A stretch of 64,000 nt of DNA from Eledone cirrhosa (taxonomy: Eukaryota): positions 198,090,001-198,154,000 of the forward strand of contig OZ024743.1 in NCBI GenBank assembly GCA_964016885.1, written 5' to 3'. Position 1 is the stretch's first letter. Every line of letters begins with the position of its first letter. Positions 11,461-26,929 of this stretch are shown here, one piece after another. The position numbers and the translations under genes were made by a program. The notes under the pieces are model-generated. The model made no database searches and was not told the origin of the DNA. It worked only from the letters and a program-made list of their open reading frames with translations.

Positions 11461-12691
11461 TAAGTGAGCAAATTATATAGAGGAAGAATCCACTCCAGTA
11501 TTAGACTGGTAGTTTCTTTCATCTGCCATGAATGGATGAAAGGCACCGTTGACCTCGGTGGGATTTGAAGAAGAACGGAAGGAATAACGCAAACCATTCT
11601 ATACGACGTCCTAATGATTCTTTCGATTCAACCCTTGTATTAGTATTATATTATATTTCAGGTTGCACTTCTGCTAGGAGAAACAACTGGTAGATAATAT
11701 CAACCCGAGAAAGACCATTGGAAGTACTTTTTGGGGGTCTGATCTAATGTTTGGCTCTTTTCCTTTTATACTATAAATAAAACAACATTATCTAATCTGT
11801 TATTCTTCTAAGTGTGAGATTTTTGGGAGATTCGGTTGCTATATCTCGCATAAATAGTGACCGCTTAGAAGATCAGCCATTAGTCAAGGTTTTGTTAGTG
11901 GTAGACATTAATGCATCTCAGAGATTTCTGCCTTTGTTTTATAGTTTCATTTGCTTATAAAAGTTCCGAGAGAAGGCAGTTGAACATAATTATGTGTTTA
12001 GATATTAGACATATATCTAATTTATTGTTTCTCCATTTCACTTCACCACTTACCCAATGTGAGAGCTATGAAAAAAAAAAATAGTATATTCTGAAAATAA
12101 TCTTTTTACTTCTATTATTAGCTGAATGTCTCTTAATTTATCGAAAAATGATATTGAAAATAATGTAATGCCTTTTAAAATACAGACGTTGCACACCAAC
12201 TAAAGAAATAACTAAATGCATAAAAACACATACACATAAAAACTGTTTTATTTTTAATATTTATTTTATAAAGGATGATGCAGGAAAAAATAGTGAAAAC
12301 GAGAGACATTCAAGATAATATATATCGCAAATCATTCTAAATACTTAGACTGTATCACTCTGTCGGTTATGATATGTTTTCTTTTATTCTTTAGAAAATT
12401 GTCTATGGACACTAAAACGGATTACACATTGACGCTAGTTAAAAGTTTGCGATCTCACGTTGCCAATAATTCAACAATTATAGAGATAACAAAAACACAA
12501 AAAGCAAAATACTTTCAACATACTTCTAAATCACGCAGATATATAGAGCCCAGGAAAATGCTTCCGACGTCAAATATCTTCTCTGCTCACCAGAGATTAT
12601 GTCTTACTAACTACAATGATTCAAGTATGAGAACATATTTGGCAATGAGGCTGAGGCAAAATACTATGAAACACAATCGGTAAATCTTATA

Positions 12692-12756
<65 letters not shown>

Positions 12757-12973
12757 TTGTATGTATGTGTGCGTGTGCATGTGTGTGTGCGTATGGATGT
12801 ATGTGCGTATGGATGTATGTACGTGCATATGTGTATGTTTGTGTGGGGTTTATCATGTAAATGTGTGTGGATAAACAATGTCTGTATCATATATTATATT
12901 ACATATATACATACAGCTCTCTTTCTCTCTCTCACTCTCTCACTCACTCTCACTCTCTCTCTCTCTCTATTTC

Positions 12974-13035
<62 letters not shown>

Positions 13036-13082
13036 AATGTACGTACAAACAGAAACTATATATAATGTATATTATATATTTC

Positions 13083-13265
13083 GATTGGCAGTATCGGTAG
13101 AGGGTCGGACGCCATGCTTTGAAGCATAGAGTTACTTCCCTGTATGATCTGAGTTTAAATCCCGCCGAGGTTAACTTTGCCTTTCATCCTTACGGGGTCG
13201 ATAAAATAAAGTACCAGTAATGCACTGGGTAATTGCTGGCCTTGTGCCAAAAGTAGAAACAATTA
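13083..13265 (+). mobile_element. SINE family A, near full length
   Basis: A-box, B-box-like gagtttaaatcc, central domain and tail all present. Confidence 0.88.
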
Positions 13266-13499
13266 TATATTTCATACATTTATGTATAATTTATATATAT
13301 TCCACGCACGTGCACACACATATTTTTTAATTCTTTTATTCGTCAACTTTGTTTGCTGATTTCAGTAATTGACTGCGGCCATGTTAAGCACTTCCGTGAA
13401 ATTTCTTGTCAATGATATCGACCCAAGTACTTATTTCATCTCAACTCTTTTTCTCGAAATGCTACGTATGATTATGGATGTATGATTATGTACACTTGA

Positions 13500-14425
13500 A
13501 GGCCTTCTCAAAAGATGTTTCCTTAACCACGAAACTACTGTTAAGCAGTCGGATAAACTATCAACCACGAAGCTTGCAAGTTACGCCTATCCCCTCAAGG
13601 ATGCAGGTGTGGACGTTTTTTTTTCATGAAATGGAAAATCCTACAAAAAATCAAGTCTTTACCTGAACGGTAAGAAGACATGTGAATTGTGCAAAAATTA
13701 ACGATCAGCGTACTATAAAAACACGCCTAAATATAAATACTGTCAATTTCAACCACTGCCCCCAAATGTTGGAATACATGACTAGAAGAATCCGGGATAA
13801 AATCTAGACTACCACAATACACAACCTTTCATTGCGAGTTTATCTCCACCTCTTATTATAAAACTTACCCTTCTATTTTATCTGTGTAACACACAAAAAA
13901 GCAAAGAATAAAGGAGCACCTCGGCTACGAAGGTCTAACCTCTATGATACTTATCTAGCTCCAAATAAAACTTTTAGGTACGCAGCCTGCTATATCTTTC
14001 CAGTCCACATTATAAATTATTCAACCTTAAGCACGAACAACGCCATCCTATATTGTCCAAATCTAAGTCAGCGTTATCCCGCCTTATTTAACGAACAATC
14101 TATGTCCCCCGCGATCTATTCCCTTCCATAAGAAATTTCGAGTAAAACTTTAATCTTAACAAACCCATAATGGAGATATCGAACTGATGTGCCGTAGAAA
14201 TAAGAAATTTCCCAGCCAAACGCACGAAATCGACATGAAAATGTGAGTTTAACCAAATTTATATATATGTATATTCAGAAGATCCCGTTAAGGGTGAAAG
14301 CAGCGATTCTCTGCTTTAATCTGTTATTTTAATAAATATTTTCTCTACGGTTCTTATATATTTGATATATATTTATCCTTATCGAGCCCTCTTTGGTTTT
14401 TAGTCTTCAAATTTATTATTATTAC

Positions 14426-14430
<5 letters not shown>
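13500..14430 (+). pseudogene. Highly decayed PLE 3' end (GIY-YIG remnant plus pLTR with degenerate HHRs)
   Basis: QRIKEHL at ~13902-13922. HHR-like cores: CTGATGT..acgcac GAAA tcga (14184-14233) and CAGAAGA tccc..gggt GAAA (14276-14299). The 3' part is shared with 33912-34027 and 36658-36690. Confidence 0.45.
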
Positions 14431-14494
<64 letters not shown>

Positions 14495-14498
<4 letters not shown>

Positions 14499-14803
14499 CT
14501 GTTCTATATTTTTGAGAAGAGGAATTATTTACATTATATACATTGGACGGATAGGTGTCCTCATCTTGTTTTGTTGTTAACAACGTTACGGCTGATGTAT
14601 TCTCCAGCCTTCATCAGGTGTCCTACTGATGTTATTATTAACGTTTTTTCATGGCACTGCCTAGTACAATTCTAAGCAGAGACCTGAGCAAATGTTAATA
14701 ATAACATCAGTAGGACACCTGATGAAGGCTGAAGAGTACATCAGCCGAAACGTTGTGTTAACAACAAAACAAGATGAGGACACCTATCCGTCCAATGTAT
14801 ATA

Positions 14804-14808
<5 letters not shown>
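14495..14808. mobile_element. Inverted pair of pLTR-like arms, each with a minimal hammerhead, in (TA)n
   Basis: Arms 14530-14646 and 14690-14808 are near-perfect reverse complements. Confidence 0.82.
14714..14759 (+). ncRNA. Canonical minimal type-I hammerhead ribozyme
   Basis: gacac-CTGATGA-aggctga agagtaca tcagcc-GAAA-cGTT^gtgtt. The palindromic AACGTT stem III is typical of dimer-acting PLE HHRs. Confidence 0.85.
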
Positions 14809-14866
<58 letters not shown>

Positions 14867-15508
14867 TTCATATGCGTAAACACACATACACAGATATACG
14901 CGCATATAATCGTATATATGTATAGGTATATGTAAATTTACATCATGACAGACCAAGGCCTTCACCAATCACCATTCACATACACTGACCAAATTTCACA
15001 TAAAATCCCTCATCAAAGTGTACACACGTTCACATGTATGTACAAGTATATAAATGTACGTCTGTGTGCGAGTATATAAGGGTGTGTCTCTCCCTACCTC
15101 TCACTGTCTCTCTATTTCCCCCTCCCCCCCTCTCTCTTTTGCAACACTCCATTTCCTGAAGAAACCTGTGTCCGAAACATCACACCCTCTTCTACTTCCT
15201 TCTAAGCGTGATACTTATAAGTCTTTGTGCGTTTGCATCACTGTGTTTGTTTTGTTATTTTTTTAACTAAGGATGTATGATTATGTATTTATACACACAC
15301 ACACACACACCACACACGCACACACACACATACACACACACACACGCGCGCGCGCGCACACACACACACATATATATGCACACACTCACGCATATATATA
15401 CATATATATATGCATGTGTGTGTATGAGAGCTTCTACTTGGGCATGTGTTTACATCATGTGAGTACATTGCACAACGCATGCAGGTGTTGTATTTTGTAC
15501 ATTATGTC

Positions 15509-15545
<37 letters not shown>

Positions 15546-15547
15546 AG

Positions 15548-15626
<79 letters not shown>

Positions 15627-16147
15627 ATTTCGTTTCTGTATGTCTCGTTCCCTACATTTGTACATTCATAACTTCGGAAATATATCTAATATACACATAC
15701 ATAAAGAAAATGAAAAGAACAGAATACAGAAGAATATAATTTAATGTAAAATATATCTAAGATAACTGTAATCGTTTGTATTTCTCTGACATATACTTAT
15801 GACAAACCTAACTTTTAGAATCCACGCAAAGATATTATGGCTTTCGACTAGTCTTTATATTGTTTTATAGTCAACATAAATCCTTGCAATGGTTAGATCT
15901 TTATCAAAGTTTTAATACAACGAATGTCTATTTGCCACCAAAATATTGTCGCCAATCACTCAGCATTGCAATATTTGAAATGTGGGAATTCTCTAAAATA
16001 TAGCATAGTGTAATCTCACGTTTAAATATGTAAATGTATTTCGGTCATAGCTGAATGTTTGGGATGAAAAGAAGAAACATAAACTAATAAATTAGACACA
16101 CGTACACACAGAATCAAACACTCACAACGGCAAACAAATACAAACAG

Positions 16148-16329
<182 letters not shown>

Positions 16330-17298
16330 TAATACGCACACAGAAACATGAATACGTACAAAGAAACATAAACACACAAGAGGCAGCCATACACAGACAC
16401 AAAGAAACACGCAGAAGCAAACTAACACACAGACATAGAAAAACCAAATGCAAAACAAAATAAAATAAAATAACGAAATCACTGAGAGATATACTCACAC
16501 ATTAATGTAAACAGACACCCATACACAAACAAACACATTCACATACAGACACAGACTGACACACTCGCATTCAGACATATATAATACAATAGTTTCAGCT
16601 ATGCAGCCAAAGAACACAAAAACGTTGCAGGGAAACAGTAGTATATAGAAATATGATTTCCCATTTCAACAAAAAGCATTATTGTCTCGGTCAGTTAGTT
16701 GAGAGCTTTTAAATAATAAAACAAACAGCGCACAACGATAGGGAATGCATCTATAGAGATTTGGAAGATAAATCAAATAGATATTTGTGGAGAATGTGTC
16801 GTGTGCTGCATTTATCAGTAAAATATCTTCACAGCTTCACTATAAATGAATGAGAACAAAGGGAATGACACTTCAAAAGTTAGAAGTAGAAATATGGCAT
16901 CATCATGACATGAATATTAAACTGAAATTTGTCATTTCTTTATTTCTTTTTTTCTTATATAGACAAACGTAGATTTTGTTTTATAGATAGTGTTTGCTAT
17001 TTTAGTTTATAACAGTAAATAAAAACAACAGCGATAAAAGAAAAAAACCCACAGAAAACATAACAAACACACACAAAAAAACCTTAAAAATAAAACAGGT
17101 GGAAATGTGTTAAATATAAGGGTCAGACTATTGAGCAGTATATAATGGCAATTGTGTTTGTTTTGATTGTTGGATAAACAATATTAGAACCCCAAATATA
17201 TTTCTGTTGTATTTCATTTAGCTTTGTCCAAAACATTAAATTAAAGTTGATAATACTATATATATATATACACCTTCCTCACTATTCTTTCAACATTA

Positions 17299-17410
17299 TA
17301 AATCCCGCCGAGGTTAACTTTACCTTTCATCCTTACGGGGTCGATAAAATAAAGTACCAGTAATACACTGTAATAATTGCTGGCCTTGTGCCAAAAGTAG
17401 AAACAATTAT
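17299..17410 (+). mobile_element. SINE family A, 5'-truncated
   Basis: aaatcccgccgaggttaactt...gtagaaacaattat. Confidence 0.85.
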
Positions 17411-18258
17411 ATTATCTATTTAAAATCTCAGATATCTTGCAGTGCTATTAGAGAAAACAATGAAATAACCAGCGTGCAATGATGATATGAATCTCATTGA
17501 GTCTAATAACTCAATAAAACGGCGGTGGTATCATATTGCTTTTGTTTTCAGCAGAGATGAAATCCATTATTGCAAGGAGATATACGGTTGACAGAACTTT
17601 GAATCAATGTCATTCTGGCACACATTTTATCAACTCGGAAGCAATGAAAAAGAAAACAGGACATCTAATTTGGCACTTCCCTTTAGTGAGTTCATATAAT
17701 ACCAAAGCTGAATTTGTCATTCATCGCTGGATAAAAAATAAGTGTCGGCAGATAACTAGGATCGTGGAACAAAGGCTATATAATTTTTGAAAAATACATT
17801 TGTTTTATCTAGATGTGTCAGATCATTTCTGTGCTGCTTTTAGCCAAAACGTAGGTCATAGCGGTATTCAAATTAATATGAACCTTATGATTAAAACCAT
17901 CACGTTAAAAGCGAAATGTTCACTTGAATGTATTAATTGAAGTTGTATAATCTGCAATGCTGTAGAATTCAGCTACGCAGAAACGATTAAAAAAAAAATG
18001 ATAAAGAAATGTCTATTCGTACACACAATGTTCTGTGGAGACACTTTTAATTTCATTGTGATGATTATTCCATCAGTATACACTGTATTCTAATGATTAT
18101 ATAATAACTTCATTACAGTAACATAGACTAGGTGTTACATTACACAAACAAGGCAATTCGTGTAAACATAGAGTACTCAATAAAAGTTCTAACTAAAACC
18201 GAATATTTATAGGAATATAAAGCCACACACACTCTCCCTCTCAGGCACACACGACTCC

Positions 18259-19177
<919 letters not shown>

Positions 19178-19181
19178 TGTG

Positions 19182-20178
19182 TAATCTGAGATTTTCGAAT
19201 ATTAATAATAATATTCGATTCGTTTGCAATTATGCAAACAGTCTCTTTAAAGCCATGTCAGTAGAATTACCTCGTCATTCCTGCTCTTGTGTTGACATGT
19301 AAACAGAACTGCAGACGCTAATTTTTCTGGTGATTTCCCTTCATCAGTACAGTATGCGAACTTACCTGCCAACTGTCATAGCTAGTGAAAAAATATATTT
19401 TCTAAAATATACAATATACGACTGATCGGCCTGATTTGCATATTAGCAAACTGCCTGATGAGTCTGATCTGCATATTACCAAAACCACTGAACAGCCAGA
19501 TTTGTATATTAGCAGACAGGCCAGTCAGTTTCATGTATATGAGCGATTAATGGCCGGCTTTGCCATATTTAAATAACTAACAGATAACTAATCGCTCTAC
19601 ATGGCTGAATACAATAAATATAATCTGAGGTTTTCGAATATTAATAATTGTTTCTACTTTAGGCACAAGGCCAGCAATTACCCAGTGCATTACTGGTACT
19701 TTATTTTATCGACCCCGTAAGGATGAAAGGCAAAGTCAACCTCGGAGGGATTTGAACTCAGATCGTAAAGGGACGTAACTATGTTGGAAAGCATGGCGTC
19801 CGACCCTCTACCGATACTGGCAATCCACCGCCCTTTCGAATATTAATAATAATATTCGATTCGTTTTCAATTATATAAACAGCCTCTTTAAAGCCATGTC
19901 AGTAGAATGATTCCGTCATCTTTGCTATTGTTTTAGCATGTAAACAGAACTGCAGATTACATTTATTGTATTCAGCCATGTAGAGCAATAAACTATTTGT
20001 TAGTCTTTTGAATATCGCAAATCCGCCCATTAATCGCTCATATACATTAAATTGACTGGCCTATCTGCTGATAAGCAAATCTGGCTGATCAGTGGGTCTG
20101 GTAATATGCAGATCTGACTGATCAGGCTGTCTTCTAATATGCAAATCAGTCTGATCAGTCACTGTATATTTTAGAAAA
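19182..20178 (-). mobile_element. Non-coding HHR element: ~439-nt unit, partial repeat and inverted 5' arm (retrozyme-like family D)
   Basis: 19183-19315 repeats at 19622-19956 (with a SINE inserted). 19953-20178 is the reverse complement of ~19398-19627. Minus-strand HHR at 19308-19353: actgta-CTGATGA-agg..cca-GAAA..GTC^tgcagt. Confidence 0.75.
19649..19833 (-). mobile_element. Full-length SINE family A with a 17-bp target-site duplication
   Basis: TSD tttcgaatattaataat at 19632-19648 and 19834-19850. A-box-like and B-box (gagttcaaatcc) present. Defines the SINE as ~185 bp. Confidence 0.92.
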
Positions 20179-20759
20179 GTCTCAAAACTTCTTGAATGTA
20201 CCTCGTAGATTATACATGCATGTCGCAAAAATATAATTCGGAAGACTTGGATTCAAGTCCTTTCATATTTCAGAAAACACTTAAACAAAATACATTAAAT
20301 GTTACGTATATGTATTGAAAATGTATATGTACACACACAAACACACACACTTAAACTAACACAAACACACAAATACATACATAATGATGATAGCTGCAAT
20401 TCGATTTCGAGTAATGCCATCGCATGATAGTTAAACGGACGTGGCCTTTTAATCCTGCTAGGGACTTGCCTATGGCCAGCAATAACATCGATCGCAACAA
20501 ATGTCACATATCAAGCGATGCCTGTGATTGATGTTTTTTTAATTGAAGAAAGGCTTTGTACAGAGATAACCCCACTCTCTAAACATCGAATGCATTTGCC
20601 CCAAAAGAAGAGAACTGGTCTAAATAATTGGAAGCAAACGAAGTCGTATATTTTATATCAGAGTGACCTTCTTCTAGAGAGATGGCCTAATAAAGACTAG
20701 GACTCTCTCGGTCCACAAAAAAAGTCTTTATATATATATATTATATATATATACTGGTG

Positions 20760-20821
20760 GCTTAGTTCGGATCTAGCTGTCGAAACGGCCGGAGCTCAGC
20801 TGTCGGGCTCCTGACACTTTT

Positions 20822-20824
<3 letters not shown>
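20760..20824 (+). mobile_element. 5'-truncated fragment of a Naiad-type pLTR (3' half of the HHR) in (TA)n
   Basis: ttagttcggatctagctgtcGAAAcggccggagctcagctGTCggg, homologous to 8216-8262. Confidence 0.7.
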
Positions 20825-20875
<51 letters not shown>

Positions 20876-21292
20876 TGTGTGTGTGTGTGTGTGTGTATAC
20901 ATACTTTCCATTTAGATTTAAAACTACTTGAACTATGTATGTAACGTAACTACATAATAGTAGTCCTCATAGAGGTTACTTGCCTCTCTGATAATGGCAA
21001 ATCCTCTGCTTTTCCTTCGTTATTTTTGTTCCATCTGTCCCACCCTGGCTTGTACTCTTTTGACAAACGTTCTATATACCTATGTATCCGTACATATGTA
21101 AGTAAAATCACAATGACGTTGATTTCATAAAGCGAGGAAATCATAATATATATTCATACATTATTATATACATCTTTATATACATATGCGCTTGTATATA
21201 TAGCTTCCTAACTATATCTATGTACATTAATCTATTATTTATTTCTTCATAGACAACATTCTCAATTTATATACATAAAAGTTATATGCACA

Positions 21293-21395
<103 letters not shown>

Positions 21396-21758
21396 GTATA
21401 TTTATATATATATGTAAATATATATATTATGGTTTTCATTATTAATAATTTATTTCAGTATAATATTTTTTATATTTCATTTCTCAGATAATCCAAACTT
21501 GTTCATAGTATTGATTTTTATTTTAACATCCGGGTTGGCAGCATTTTCCGCCAGGAGTCTAATATAATATACATGAACATCCGGCCTTATAAAAAGTCGG
21601 CAGATCAAAAGAAAAGATTCATTTTTACCTGCTACCTGCCTCAAAATTGATGCAGGCATCAGCACATCCTTCGATTGTTTTGATTCTTTCTAATTCTAAC
21701 ATTTAAAACGTTCGGATTCCATGTTTTCTCGCTTATCTACAACCACCACAAATGTCAC

Positions 21759-21789
<31 letters not shown>

Positions 21790-21867
21790 TAGATAGATAT
21801 CATATATACACATATACACACATACAAACATATATCTACGCACACACATAGACACACGCACCCGCCC

Positions 21868-21899
<32 letters not shown>

Positions 21900-22182
21900 A
21901 TGTATTATGCTCATGTACTTATATAGAGCCAAAGTAAAATATATAATTATAAACAATATAATCACAATATCATTCAAAGTTTATGCGCAACACAATGATA
22001 CCATACATATATATATAAATCAATTATACACACAGACATAGGAAAACATCAATATATGCAGCTGTAATCACGATCATGTATGTTTAATAAATATATACAT
22101 ATTTTTATATGCATACCTACATATATATATATTATATATTATTTATTATATCTATATACAAACACACATATGTATACATATA

Positions 22183-22351
<169 letters not shown>

Positions 22352-22494
22352 CTGTGTATGCAAAAGGCAAACTTAAATGGTAGAGCGAACGACACAGTAC
22401 AAGGATGTAATATATTAGTATTACACTTGATATAGTAGGAAAAGTGTCTTATCGCGAAAAAGAAATAGAAAGGTAGAGAAAAGTGGGCAGTGGC

Positions 22495-22525
<31 letters not shown>

Positions 22526-22547
22526 TACACACACACACATATATATA

Positions 22548-22582
<35 letters not shown>

Positions 22583-23131
22583 ACTTTCACTCACTCATTC
22601 TCTGTCACTACCTCTCCTCCTCCTCTTTCCTCCTCCTCCTTCAAGTTTGACCTGTGTGTAATTCTTTTCTCGCGCGGTCTTGACCAAGCTGGTATGGAAA
22701 TTTTTTTCTCTCTCTCTCTTTCGTCTGCGACTTCACAAAACTTATGTTTACCGAATTCGTAGACCAGACCCCTTTATCTTCTTCTTCTCTCTTTTTTTCC
22801 CCCGTCAAACTTGGGCGAAATTCTTTCCTTGCTCACATTTCAACCAGGTTTGATGGTCTTTTGTCTCTTGTTCACGATTTCACCGAGTTTATATTCATAG
22901 AGATCTGGGACTTGTCTATTTCCTCTCACTTTCCGTTGCTTAAACTTTTTTGTTTGTTACCCTGGCGTCCCCTTTGTTTACGTGTCCCAACGACTTTTTT
23001 TAGCCGTTGTTCGCACCAACCTGAGGCATATAGCCCTTAAAGCGATGAAATGCCTGCGACGGTTGGAGGGTCACTGATGAAGGACCTACTTTTTCACATG
23101 CCCCACCATTTGCAACGGGCAGCCTATTATT

Positions 23132-23135
<4 letters not shown>
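22583..23135 (+). mobile_element. Pyrimidine-rich insertion ending in tandem HHR-like cores, in (TA)n
   Basis: ccaac-CTGAGGC..gcgat-GAAA..gttgg (23016-23066), then CTGATGAagga (23074). Related copy at 38380-38495. Confidence 0.5.
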
Positions 23136-23167
<32 letters not shown>

Positions 23168-23563
23168 CCACTGTGTTTGTGTGCGTATATAGCATGCACT
23201 CACTATTCTAAAGATACCATATTGGTCTTCTTATGTATTTAGAAATAAACAGGGACATAGACAGACGAGCGGAAATTAGATGTAGAATTATTTCATATCT
23301 TTCTTAATTCATATTTTGCAGAGACATTTTCAACCATGCAGATAACACTTATTTAGTTAAAAATTAAAACAATATGTCATTTTCAATCATATAAATAACC
23401 GGATATTCTGTGTGATTTTATAACAAAGAAGTCTCAAAGTTAATTTATTTATAAAAGACATCTTGTACTTATAAACAAGACACATATAATTAATATGACT
23501 TAAGAAATAGTTGATTGAGTAAGATATACAAACTGGTGCATGTTGGTGTATTTATATGTTTAT

Positions 23564-23631
<68 letters not shown>

Positions 23632-23634
<3 letters not shown>

Positions 23635-23705
23635 AAGTTGACGGACCCACCATATTTATCAATGTCAGGACCGGTCGTATCTCAGCGTACTCCATGGGCA
23701 ATGTA
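23632..23705 (-). mobile_element. Short terminal fragment of a (TA)n-inserted repeat
   Basis: Reverse complement of 37097-37168 (gcccattgagtgcgctgagatac...ggtccgtcaac). Confidence 0.65.
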
Positions 23706-23771
23706 ATATATATATATATATATATATATAGTAATAATAATAATAATAATAATAGTAATAATAATAATTTA

Positions 23772-23842
<71 letters not shown>

Positions 23843-24804
23843 TATAAATTCGTTGTTGTATGTCATTAATATCAATGACATACAAATGATGCAGACATAT
23901 ACACCCTATTTAAAATGTCATTATATACAACTGCTATGTGTACAAAGCATGGTTGGAAAATGTACGTAGAGGAGATGAAGTTCATGCGTTTCTGCAGTCT
24001 GTAATGTTTGAACCAGTCTCGCACATTATATATTTCTTGTGTGGGCAGCAGATCTTCCAATTATATAAACCGGCATGTAGAAAATATAATTCAATTCTCT
24101 TTAATACATATTCTAGTGTTTCCAAGGAAAACATTTTGTTTTAAAGCTCATTTACTCATTCAATTTTCCACACGTTTATTCCAATTTATTAGTCATTTCA
24201 TATAGTTTATTTGCAACATATGAGATAACCTGTTAATCTTTCGCCCTGGAATCAACGCTAATATATAGGTTAACACATCCTCAGTCTGTTTGTACTTACA
24301 TCATCTATTTATATTTATCTTCCATATTGTTTTATTCACCGAGAACAGTTCTTCATTACTTCACCATTTTACATTCTACAGTTTCCCACCCAATGTTATA
24401 TATTGTATGATTTCTTTGTATTTATTTGTTCTATCCTCTTCTTTTCCCCCTTGTTAACATCATTCTGCTATTGGGTGGTCTTCGTTTTGGTTCATATCTA
24501 CTCTGTGCCATCTATTCTAACTAAATCTGCTAAATGTTAGCTTTTGTAATGTCCTTCTGTTTAAGGCTCATCATTTGTCGTCACAGCTGGAAAATATAAG
24601 TCAATTGAAGACAGTTAAGTTGAAGATATAACAACATAACAATGACTTTCCTCTGTTATCTCAATGATTCTCATACGGACATTGGTAATGCACAACATGC
24701 AAATGTATTTCCATATGTGTATTATACATATGTACATATGTTGAAACATATAAATATGTATGTCACTGTACCCATAGTTGTCCGCATATAAAATATACAT
24801 TATG

Positions 24805-24919
<115 letters not shown>

Positions 24920-26124
24920 TTATATATATTTATATAATTATATACATTTATATATATAGAGAGAGAGATATATATAAATGTATACTTATATATATATGCA
25001 TGTGTGTATATATATATATATACACACACATATATATATGTATATAGGTATATGTGTGTGTGTCAACTATGCGTGGGAATGTATTTATTCAGTTTTAAAC
25101 AAATGTAAGTTTCATTGCTCTCATAGAATTGGGGGTTTGTATAAATGATGAAACTACAAAACCTGATTTCCCTACACACATCACGCTACATTGTGAGTAA
25201 AAGATAGGTGTTGTCTATGAAATGATAATTGATACACAAATAAACAATTTCATCTAAAGAATGTGATTTTTAAAAAATACCAATCTACACAGTTTGTCTT
25301 TTTACAATTATTATTTCTTTGTAACATCTTAATTTGAAGCAGTTCGATTAATTGCGGCCCGCAAATCAGAGGAAAGGAAGACAAACAAATACGGGGGATT
25401 GTCACTTAATTTTCGCACCGGTGACCACGTGACCTCAAGCGTACTCGAACTCCGTACTGCTGAGATCCTCCGCAAGTTCGTCAGCAGCTCGCCGGAAGAA
25501 AGAGCCCCGTGATGTGGCGTGACTATTGCAGTAGGTGTCGCTGGCCATTGTCCGGGGAAATGTTTTTGCCCATCACCTTTCCCTCTACCCCCTTTCTTCT
25601 GTGGCCCGAGAGACCTCTCTTTCCCTTCCTTTTCCTCTCATTTATGACTTTCATAGCCCTTTCCCCTACTTTCCCCTACAGACATGTCTGCCATTCGTTT
25701 CCCATTTTCTCATTGCTTGATTTTCCCTTTGCTGTTCTTTCTCATATTTATTCATCATTTAGAATATTATCCTACGACAAAATATAATTTACTGACGTTA
25801 GGTCAACCTACCGCTAACGCAGGGTCAGCGTTATCATGGGGTCAACTGTCCATGGTGCAGACCTCAGGGAAATACAGGATCAATTTCAGTATAATTAATT
25901 ATAATATAATTCCCTGCGATAACCACTAAATTTCGTTGCATTGTCGCAGCGCTATCTTAATAACCAAAGCGTTGGAAACGTGGTAAGGTGTTATCACCTG
26001 TCACGAGATTTGGCGTGGGTGAGTGTGAACTCTGTAGGGGGATATGCGAGCTTAGTAACTTTTAGTGTCGTCAGCGTAATAATTGTCAATATCTTGGTTC
26101 CTCAGCTCACCAAAGTATAAGTTT

Positions 26125-26205
26125 CATTTTTGCCTTTCATCCTTACAGGGTCGATAAAATAAAGTACCAGTAATTGCTGGCCTTGTGCCAAAAAGTAGAA
26201 ACATT
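26125..26205 (+). mobile_element. SINE family A 3' fragment
   Basis: gcctttcatccttacagggtcgataaaataaagtaccag...gtagaaaca. Confidence 0.8.
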
Positions 26206-26569
26206 TACTTTCAATTAAAACGTTATGTTTTGAATTAAAACTTTATCTTTTAAATCTAAACTTTAAGCGTTTACCTTTAATGAATTGTTTCTTTAAAAAC
26301 ACATACATATGGTCCCAGAAAATAATTCTATTTACTAGAAATAGTTTCAAATCTCAGCATATTTTTTTTTAAAGGAACAGATACTTTCAAAAATGTGATC
26401 CTGGATTCGATGCATATAGGAAAGAGACGGGGTAGTCACTGCTAGAATGTCTTTAGCTATAGGTCTTCTCTATTAGAGTGTTAAGATTATATTGGTTTCT
26501 TATATAGGCACAATATTACGTAGAGTTTTTGTCTTACCATATCGGCTTTAGATTCTTTAGGGAGAGGCA

Positions 26570-26638
<69 letters not shown>

Positions 26639-26823
26639 TAAGAGAAAAGAGGAAGGGGGCATCATGCGTACATACGTATATTCCTACATATGCACATACA
26701 TACTCGCATGCATATATGTACGTATGCGCACACTTACATATATATATATATACGTTTTGTACATACATGCATACACATACATAATCCCATGCATACATAC
26801 TTCTATACACACATACATATACA

Positions 26824-26929
<106 letters not shown>

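Noticed and set aside
19454-19475. Plus-strand CTGATGAgtc as a hammerhead
   Set aside because: No downstream stem II-GAAA. It is part of the internal subrepeats.
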